Shown here one piece after another: positions 55,531 to 64,000 of a stretch of 64,000 bases of DNA. Every line of letters begins with the position of its first letter. Within the stretch, counting starts at the first letter, position 1. Location: contig NC_043000.1 of assembly GCF_006345805.1 (NCBI RefSeq), forward strand, positions 54,870,001 through 54,934,000, given 5' to 3'. Source of the DNA: Octopus sinensis. Its lineage: Eukaryota. The notes beneath the pieces were generated by a model, which saw nothing but the letters and a program-made list of their open reading frames with translations, did not search any database and was not told where the DNA came from. Position numbers and translations under genes: made by a program.

Positions 55531-55600
55531 AAGAAGAAGAAGAAGAAGAAGAAGAAGAAGAAGAAGAAGAAGAAGAAAGAGAAGAAGAAGTAGTAGTAGT
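55381..55600. repeat. Compound trinucleotide microsatellite (AAT)n-(GAT)n-(GGT/AGT)n-(GAA)n
   Basis: Read directly. Produces the poly-N/M/V/E ORF 55374-55661. Confidence 0.92.
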
Positions 55601-55669
55601 AAAGGAAAATGCAAAATTTACATCATTTATGAAAGGAGATAAATTCTACCACATACATTGAAGGGAATT

Positions 55670-56885
55670 ACGTAAGAGCTTCTGGGTAATATTATTCTTT
55701 GTTTTCTGGTTTGGAGCATAGACAAATAACTGTTGCAAACAACCTACCCTGGAGCAACCAAGATAAATGTGACCATGAGAAAAGCAAGCCAGTAGATTTG
55801 GGCTTTATTAATAGACATTGCAAAGCAATGTCACATTATGACTTGTGTTCATTTGAACTCCAATAGCATATCCGTTGGTTCGATTTGAATTATTGGAATA
55901 AAGACCTCTTCCCCAGAGGCACATCTGTTGATGATGGTAGCTTCTGTCACATTAGTTGGTAATGTCTTCACAATCAGTCTTGCCCTATTGCATAATTTAG
56001 GAGGATCTAAATTTCTTTGTAGCATTATTGGAACTCCTACCTTCAGTTATGTATAGGAGTTCCTGGTGGCTTAAAGTACTCTGTTGGATAATGGACAGCG
56101 TGGTTTTCATCAAGGATGGAATCAACTGATTTGTACTTCTTAATGACTGTTAGAATCATATACATTAATTCATGGTTAATTCTTGCTACTGTCTCATTTT
56201 TTTGAGCAAGAATTGCTTTTTCACACACCATTTATGTGAATTATAATTATTACTTAAGCCTGTAAATACTGGTCTTCAATTCAGCTTGGGAATTCACCAT
56301 GATAGCAATATGAGCCAAACTGATATCACCATTCCCATCAAATGATACTTTCCCATTTCCTAATTGGAGGCGTGAGGTTGAAAACTGTTTTGCACATTGG
56401 TTCCTATGTAATAAAGCTCGCACGTTAGTATTGAAGGAGAATTCCATTAGTTTATTCCATAGATGTGAAGACTTGATGCATGTTTTTATTTCACCAGATC
56501 TTGCTCGTCTCGGAATGACTGGTAATGTCTGTCTGAAGTCTCCTGATAAAACTAATATAACTTCTCCCATAGATTTATTGTTGTCTCTGATGTCTTGTAA
56601 GGTATTACCAAGAGCTTCTATTGCACCTCTATGTAAGATGGTGCATTCATCCCAAATGATGTGGTGGCAATAGCACAACACTTCTGCTGAACCTGAATCT
56701 TTGCTTATGTTACAAAGTGGCTTGTCATTTGTGACCAGGTTTAGAAGTAATTTAAAAGCAGAATGAGCTGTTCGCCCCCCTGATGGCAGCAACTGCAATT
56801 CTGTTTCGTTACCTTACCTTGGGAAGAAGCAATGTTACAAATGTTTTACCTGTACCACCAGGAGCATCAAGAGAGAAAATTCCTC
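55670..56885 (-). mobile_element. Helitron RepHel PIF1-like helicase domain, pseudogenised
   Basis: Walker A DAPGGTGKTF (~56840-56870), GGRTAHSAFKL, IIWDEC, GDFRQTLPVIP, LKVGVPIMLQRNLDPPKLCN, FAMSINKAQ, SHGHIYLGCSRV, in the correct order with stops and deletions. Confidence 0.92.
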
Positions 56886-56990
56886 TGCTTTTTTTCTGAA
56901 GATTGTGGAATGCCGCACGCACGCATACACACACACAGATACATATACATACAGTATCAGTCATCAGATGAAATGGACATATCTTTGTAT

Positions 56991-57028
<38 letters not shown>

Positions 57029-57260
57029 GTGAAGGTGTTTGTTGTCATGTATACGTACATACATAGATAAATAGGCATACATCTTCCTTGTACGTATGTG
57101 TACGTGTGTGCGTTTCTCTGTGTGTGAGAAAAAGAGAGAGAGAGAGAGTGCCTCTTAGACATTACTCGCTCTCACACACACACATGCACACATGCATAGA
57201 AAAATTATGTATGCGTATGTATTTATGCATGTACGTATAAATGACAACACACCCTTTCAC

Positions 57261-57315
<55 letters not shown>

Positions 57316-57559
57316 AATGAATGAGGTAAACATGGAATGAAAAATTGTATAAATAAAAGCGCGTTAAAAGCTATCTTGTACCGAATATTTAAATTTGTGA
57401 ACTTCATAAATATTTCTTTCAGTAATTTATCGTCGTTGTTTACAAATAGCGAACATTAAAATAGAGAATGAGAGATCTCGTCGATTTTATGTCCATACCA
57501 GGAGTTGACATTGAGAAACCTTTTTTAAGAAGTGAATCATAAATTGAAAGCAATATTTT

Positions 57560-57698
57560 ATTTTTAAAAATCAAATTAAAACCCTACTATATGTCAGTGC
57601 TTTAATTATTCATGCATCACAAGTATGGACGTAATTCGTTAAGCCGTTTTCACGTGAAAATCGAATACACACACATCTCTATTATATATAGAGAGAGA
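57560..57698 (-). mobile_element. Putative Helitron 5' terminus
   Basis: Minus strand A|TCTCTCTCTATATATAATAGAGATGTGTGTGT...TTTTCACGTGAAAACGGCTTAACG. TC start after A, same orientation as the helicase remnant ~0.8 kb downstream. Confidence 0.4.
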
Positions 57699-60600
57699 TA
57701 GGGGGATAGAGATACATGCATACAAATATACATTCATGCATACAAACATGCATGTATGTATCTATAGAGACAGCCACATTTATATACATATACATATATA
57801 TATATATACATATATATAATCATGCAAGCAAACGCATACAAGCACACTCATATCACTTAATGCAGACTGTATTAAAATAAGAGATTCTAATGCTTCCATA
57901 ACATGTGCTGCCTCTCCAAGGAATATATTTGAAAACCAGGCCTCTGTTACATGAGAAAAAGCGAGAAGGTTTTTGCTACAAAGTTTAATGCTAAGACAAA
58001 GAAAGAATGATGAATAAAAATGGAAAAAGAAAGGAAAGCTTAGATAATATTAGAGTTACGTCTCCTTTGACCGCGGATGACATAATTGAGCTAGTTTTGG
58101 TAGAATATTTCAAAACAGAGGAGTCCAATTATGCGAGACAGCTACTCAATGCCGGGGTGTAACTTGGTGAAAACTAATATGCGGAAATATTCCTATCTGA
58201 AATTAAGTCGTGTGGCGGAATTCTTAGATCTACATAGAATGTGCAGTCTTTCAGTTCCACATACGTTGCTTTTCTTAGATCTATTTAAATATGGCATGGA
58301 TTTTTCAACTATTTTCCAATTTTTGTAAGTTATATTCCCTTACGTGGCTAGTTAGCTTAGTGCTTTTGCTTTTGTCAATGAAGCGGAAAGAAGAATTACC
58401 TTGAATTTATTGTAATTTCGTATTTTCTTAAGAAGGTTTTATTCCATGTTGTGTGTGAAGAAGTTCGTGAATGAATGATTCAACAAGTAAATAAACCTAA
58501 GGAGAAGTAATTGGTTATCATTATAATTTTGGCCAAGGGAGGTGGTTGCCCATCTTTCGGGGAGGGAGTAAATAGATATACGAAAACTCAAAAGCTAAAG
58601 TAGTGAGATGAAATATTTACAGTGATGGGTATGTGATCATGAATTAAAATATATACTCAGACCGAAGTTGGTTATACGTTCATATTTAGACGTGTTCTCT
58701 ATGTTTCGATGAACAAATTTTCTATATTTAAAGGTTCTTGTACAGAAATTGTTTCTTTGAACTAGTAGATGGGGAAACCTGAAATTTGGTTGGATAAATG
58801 CACTAAATGAAACTATACCAATATCAGCACATTTAATTAAAAGCGGCATTAGCCATATTTGATCCAATGACACAAGGTGGCATATAGCTTAAATAATATT
58901 TAGTGATATTTAAATGAGACGAGTACATTTAACTACGTTATAAACTATGGTTAAATTGAAGCTAAAAAGTTAATGCTTAGTAAAAGTATGAAGGTGTGCT
59001 CACTAGATTTGTTAAGGATATTATCTGAATGTTTAATATCACATAATATCCTAAGAGATATTATCTCAACGGTTAAGTTCGGCTAAAATCCTTAAGAATC
59101 AAAGTGTGAGTGTAAATACGTGTGTACCTATTGCAGTTTAGTTGGATAGAATAAGAAGAAAACTTGTTGACATGTTTATGGCTTTCTGCAGCCCCGAGGC
59201 TTCTCTCTTTTTATCTTACTTAACTGACAAAATATCTGCTAGAATCTCATAAACATTAAGGTCAACGCAAGGTTACAGCATATCTTGTACGTTCTCAATT
59301 CCAACATTAGCTATTAGCTAACTTTGATAAGTGAATTTAAATAATATACGTATGTAATAATCATGTATTGATAATATTTTCAAATGAAGCGATTGCAAGA
59401 AATTGTCATTATTCAGAAATCTCAGACGGTTGCCTAGTGGTTATAAGGCAACAAAATACAGCATATTAGTTTATCTGTGATACGGTACTGCCTGATATAT
59501 TCATTAATGTCTGTGACTAATGGCTTCGGCAACAATCAAAATGATATTATTTCCTGTAACTGGTTTATATGTAACATTCTATTCATATATTAATATTTAA
59601 TACATTATTTACCCCTACTTAAACTAAACTGCGGTATTTACCATTAAAAAAACGCTCATATTAGCTTTTCAGTGAGTAATGCCCCCTAATTTATTTTGCT
59701 AGCAGGGAGATAAATTCCCGCTATCTCCGGCACCGAGACCACCAGAATACACGACGTCGATATTGTTTAGTTTTGTCAATGACAGAAACTCAACCGATAG
59801 AGGCAACAGTGGTTCATTTTCCCGCCAGCGATATATTGAATAACAGAGCCAGAACGGGCACTAATGTCGCGATTAGCCAGTTACCTTGTTAAAATTACCT
59901 ATATTAGGAACAAAAGCAGTAATAATATCGAGAGGTAATATTCATCCCCACTCAGCCATAGATGATCTATTAGAACACACTATACTGCGGTATTTGCCAT
60001 GAGAGAAACACTCACTTTGTTTTGTTTTGTTTTTTGGTACAATATGCACTCTTGTTTAAATGGGGATAAATATTACCTCTCTATATTAATACTGCAACTG
60101 TCGCTAAAATAATTAAATATTTTAAAGACATTAGTTTGCTTTCTAAAGTTTGCTTTCATTATATGTGCCTATACTTTTGAATGCTACGTTGTAGCATCCG
60201 ATATTTACCAATATAATTTCCGATGCTAGTGACAAATGCAGCTTTACGTTCTACACCTATCATTCCTTTTATACCTTTCGTTATTTTTTCCTTATATTTG
60301 CTCTCGTATCCTTATTCTTATGTGTGTTTCTTTCCCTCCAGCAAACTTAATAATCACTCACCCTGACCCCTTTCATCAAGTACGCCCTCCAGGAAGTTTT
60401 CCTCAGTTAATATATGAGCAGGATTTCTAATACAATAGTAATCCCAACCTACTGTACCCCTTCATTTCTGACCGATGTCTTCGGCTTCAATGACTGATGT
60501 GAAGAGTACGCACCGTAACTCACCATTAGACCGAAATTTTGAAGCTAAATATATTACCAGTACGTAAACAAAAAGTGCTTCAAAATTTTCTTTTAAAACT

Positions 60601-61319
60601 TCAACAGAGCATCATCAAAATATTTGCCTAAAAAGTTTTATTTAGGCAACACGATTTTGGAGAACCCCGTAAAAAGTGGCCTATATATAAAATAATCGTC
60701 ATTCTTCCAGCTTTACGTAAGTTTTCAATTATAGACGAGGTCCCACTATATGATTGCAAATGGTTGTCCTGCTCCTTCATTTTCTGTCCAAACAGAATAA
60801 ATAATGCAGGAAGCTATTCCAAGCTGAATAGTGATTTCAATTAATTGCAATTTGAACAAGGGTTATGGGCTTTAATGTTTGATTTCTATTAGTGTACATA
60901 ACAGCAGGAAAGAAAACACGAGTTTATGTGTTGATACCATTAATACTAATAATAGTAATCGTTCCTCTTACTACAGGCCAGATGCTTGCAATTTTAGCGA
61001 GGGGGAGCAAGTCAATAAAAGTTATGCGGTGCTTCATTAATCTTGTAATTTACCGAGCTTGAAAAAGTGAGTGATAAAGTTAACATTGTTTTCATTTAAC
61101 GTAAGAATATAAAGACGGACAAAATGCTACTAGGCATTTTCTGTGGCGTGCTAAAGATTCTAGCAGCTCGATGCTTTAATAATAATAATAACAAGAAGAG
61201 CTCCACGCTGAATAACAAGAACAGCTCCGCATTGAATAAGTACGTGAATATGCTACACTGGGCTCTCCATTCACAAACAAATCTAATCTAGTAACATAGG
61301 TGAAATAGGATAAAGGAAC

Positions 61320-61800
61320 CTGTGGAAAACTTGAAGGAAGCGGTTTTTAACGAAAATAATCACAAAAGCAAAATCCACTGTTAATCTTCAGCAGTAGATT
61401 GTCATAAAGGAAATAAAACCAGCGGAGAGCTACAAATACCTAGGGGTATTTGAAGGGGACAGATTCAAACATTAAGTGAGGAAGGAAAGAATGAGAGGAG
61501 AATGTTATCGCAGGGTAAGGGCAATTCTCAAGACAGAGCGATCAATACTTTAGCCATACGTGTCCTGATTTATAGTTTCAATATCATTAACTGGCCAATT
61601 ACTGAAATATGTAATCGTGACAGAAAGATACTAAAATTATTGACAATGCATAGAATGCACCACCATAAGGCAGATATAGAACCACTTTACCTGCCAAGAA
61701 AAGAGGGTTAGAGTCTTCTGGTTTAAAATCAGAAAATAAAGGCTTTATCTTAGCAGACCAAGATCAATACCTACACGCAAGAAACGACCAGGCCATGTGG
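61320..61800 (+). mobile_element. R4/Dong-clade non-LTR retrotransposon fragment (RT C-terminal region)
   Basis: IKEIKPAESYKYLGVFEGD...ECYRRVRAILKTE...AINTLAIRVLIYSFNIINW...DRKILKLLTMHRMHHHKADIEPLYLPRKEG. Confidence 0.75.
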
Positions 61801-61815
61801 CATCTCAAGACGGTT

Positions 61816-61880
61816 ACATCGACCCTAGTTTTTTACTGGTGCTTATTTCATCGACTTCGAAAGAATGAAAGGCAAAGTCG
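61816..61880 (-). mobile_element. SINE central-domain fragment
   Basis: TACATCGACCC...ACTGGTGCTTATTTCATCGAC..CGAAAGAATGAAAGGCAAAGTCG matches 18020-18100. Confidence 0.65.
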
Positions 61881-61895
61881 TTCTGAGAGGTAAGA

Positions 61896-62305
61896 CAAGA
61901 AGAAGAAGAAGAAGAAGAAAAAGAAGAAGAAGAAGGAGGAGGAGGAGAAGAGGAGGAGGAGGAGGAGGAGGAGGAGGAGAAGAAGGAGGAGGAGAAGAAG
62001 AAGAAGAAGGAGGAGGAGAAGAAGAAGAAGAGAGAAGAAGAAGAAGAAAAAGAAGAAGAAGAAGAAGAGGAGGAGGAGGAGGAGGAGGAGGAGGAGGAGG
62101 AGAAGAAGGAGGAGGAGAAGAAGAAGAAGGAGGAGGAGGAGAGGAGGAGGAGAAGAAGAGAAGAAGAAGAAAGAAGAAGAAGAAGAAAGAAGAAGAAGAA
62201 GGAGGAGAAGAAGAAGGAGAAGAAGGAGAAGAAGAACAAGAGGAACAAGAAGAAAAAGAAGAACAAGAACAAGAAGAACAAGAAGAACAAGAAGAACAAG
62301 AAGAG
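61896..62305. repeat. ~410-bp (GAA/GGA)n polypurine tract grading into (GAACAAGAA)n
   Basis: Read directly. Source of the low-complexity ORFs at 61814-62376. Confidence 0.95.
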
Positions 62306-62886
62306 TATCGTACTGTAGGCTGCAAGTAGAAAGCCCGCAACGCAACGCTCCAGGAGTTCCAAAAAAAATCTGTCATAAAAAGAAATAATATTTGCTTTTT
62401 TTTCGCATTAATACTTATAGTATTGATATAGGAATGGTGAAACTAAAAGTTCATTTTGGTACGATTTGAACTTAAATATATTAGAATGTAAGTTAATACC
62501 TCAATTGAGTCATGCACAGCACTGTTTTCTTATTGTACATTGATATCTCATATGTATTAATGGCCTCGGTAAATTAATATATTCTGCGAAATATGAAATT
62601 TATTAAAATTTAATGCGGATTAAATCCAATATTCACATCCTATGTATTGATATTTCCTCAATGCTAAGGAGTTTCATACTGGGCCATGCGTATTAATTTC
62701 AAAATATATTGTATAGTATTCTCCCTATATTTGTGTGGTTAGCTGTAGCTAATGATATATTTCTGAATTCGGATTCTCAATACAGTGCCAGTGTCCATTA
62801 ATTCAGCAGTATTACATCTAGCACAAATAACAATGAAAAAATATTGAATGACTTCATAAAGAACGTATTCAAAGTTTTTGTGTAAT

Positions 62887-63088
62887 TTACTCTTTTACTT
62901 GTTTCAGCCATTTCACTGTAGCCATGCTGGAGCACCGCCTTTAGTCGAGCAAATCGACCAAAGGACAGATTCTTTGTAAGCCTAGTACTTATTCTATCGG
63001 TCTCTTTTGCCGAAGCGCTAAGTTACAGGGACATAAACACACCAGCATCGGTTGTCAAGCGATGTTGGGGGACAAACACAGACACACA

Positions 63089-63172
<84 letters not shown>

Positions 63173-63593
63173 TATATACACAAGGCGGTGAGCTGGCAGA
63201 AACGTCAGTACGCCGGGCGAAATGCGTAGCCGGATTTCGTCTGCCGTTACGTTCTGGGTTCAAATTCCGCCGAGGTCGACTTTGCCTTTCATCCTTTCGG
63301 GGTCGATAAATTAAGTACCAGTTACGCACTGGGGTCGATGTAATCGATTTAATCCGGTGTCTGTCCTTGTTTGGCCCCTCTGTGTTTAGCCCCTTGTAGG
63401 TAGTAAAGAAATATATATATATACATATACATATGTACGACGGGCTTCTTTCAGTTTCCTTGTACCAAATCCACTCACAAGGCTTTGATCGGCCCGAGGC
63501 TATAAGAGAAGACACTTGCCCAAGGTGCCATGCAGTGGGACTGAACCCGGAACCATGTGGTTCGTAAGCAGGCTACTTACCACACAGCCACTC
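62887..63593 (-). mobile_element. Full-length CORE-type tRNA SINE interrupted by another SINE
   Basis: Minus strand head GAGTGGCTGTGTGGTAAGTAGC (A box), GGTTCAGTCC (B box), CCTTGGGCAAGTGTCTTCT core, tail ...GAAACAAGTAAAAGAGTAAA. Confidence 0.88.
63184..63412 (+). mobile_element. Full-length tRNA-derived SINE nested in the (TA)n of the CORE-type SINE
   Basis: GGCGGTGAGCTGGCAGAAACG...GGGTTCAAATTCCGCCGAGGTCGACTTTGCCTTTCATCC...GTAAAGAAATA, with (TA)-rich sequence on both sides. Confidence 0.9.
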
Positions 63594-64000
63594 ACAGGAC
63601 AACAAAAATTTTGATACCGGGGTAAAAGCGTCTGTTTTAGACTAAATCGAAGATGCTGATTCCGAATCCGCGCTCAAAGTTGTTCTATCACGGCAGGAGT
63701 TTGAGTTATGCGCATGCGCAAGATTACAACTATACTTTTGGTTAGGCCGTATCTTAAATTTGCTAAAATGAAAGCGAACTTAATTCAAAAGTAAACAGCA
63801 ACAAAACAAACAATGAGAAAGTTCATTATTTAGTTTAGCAATAGATGGCACTGACGTATTGTGTGCAAACGCCAAATACGTCAGTTTGTTCTTGATAACT
63901 TTTAGTGTCGTTTGCGCTGCCGTCACGTGTGGTATGTGTATCTTTCGCTCTGCATGGTTACTATTTTAACTGTATTCAATGTGTTAGATCATGAATAGGA

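Noticed and set aside
61814-62376. Four 154-182 aa low-complexity ORFs
   Set aside because: They are translations of the GAA/GGA tract in several frames, with no splice or homology support.

Overview
AT-rich, microsatellite-dense eukaryotic DNA with no long intact host-gene ORF, most consistent with intronic or intergenic sequence from an octopus-type cephalopod genome. The taxon is inferred from recalled tRNA-derived SINE families and the (TA)n/(GATA)n/(CATA)n load, and was not checked by a database search. Most ORFs in the supplied track are microsatellite artefacts or transposon remnants. The window contains decayed transposons: mariner (DD34D-type), a maT DD37D element, two related Tc1-like copies with DD36E spacing, a rosa-like fragment, a complete non-autonomous Helitron, a Helitron helicase remnant, R4/Dong and CR1/L2-like LINE remnants, a TTAA-flanked MITE, and many SINEs, some nested or dimeric. 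Three signals stand out. (1) A 69-nt in-frame exon-like segment is enclosed by a 24-bp inverted repeat whose right arm starts exactly at the GTAAGT donor, and it sits in a 939-bp tandem duplication (46252-48115). (2) A minimal type I hammerhead ribozyme lies on the minus strand (22002-22046). (3) Two hammerhead-like direct repeats lie 443 bp apart (33964/34407). No host gene could be identified, and all exon calls are tentative.
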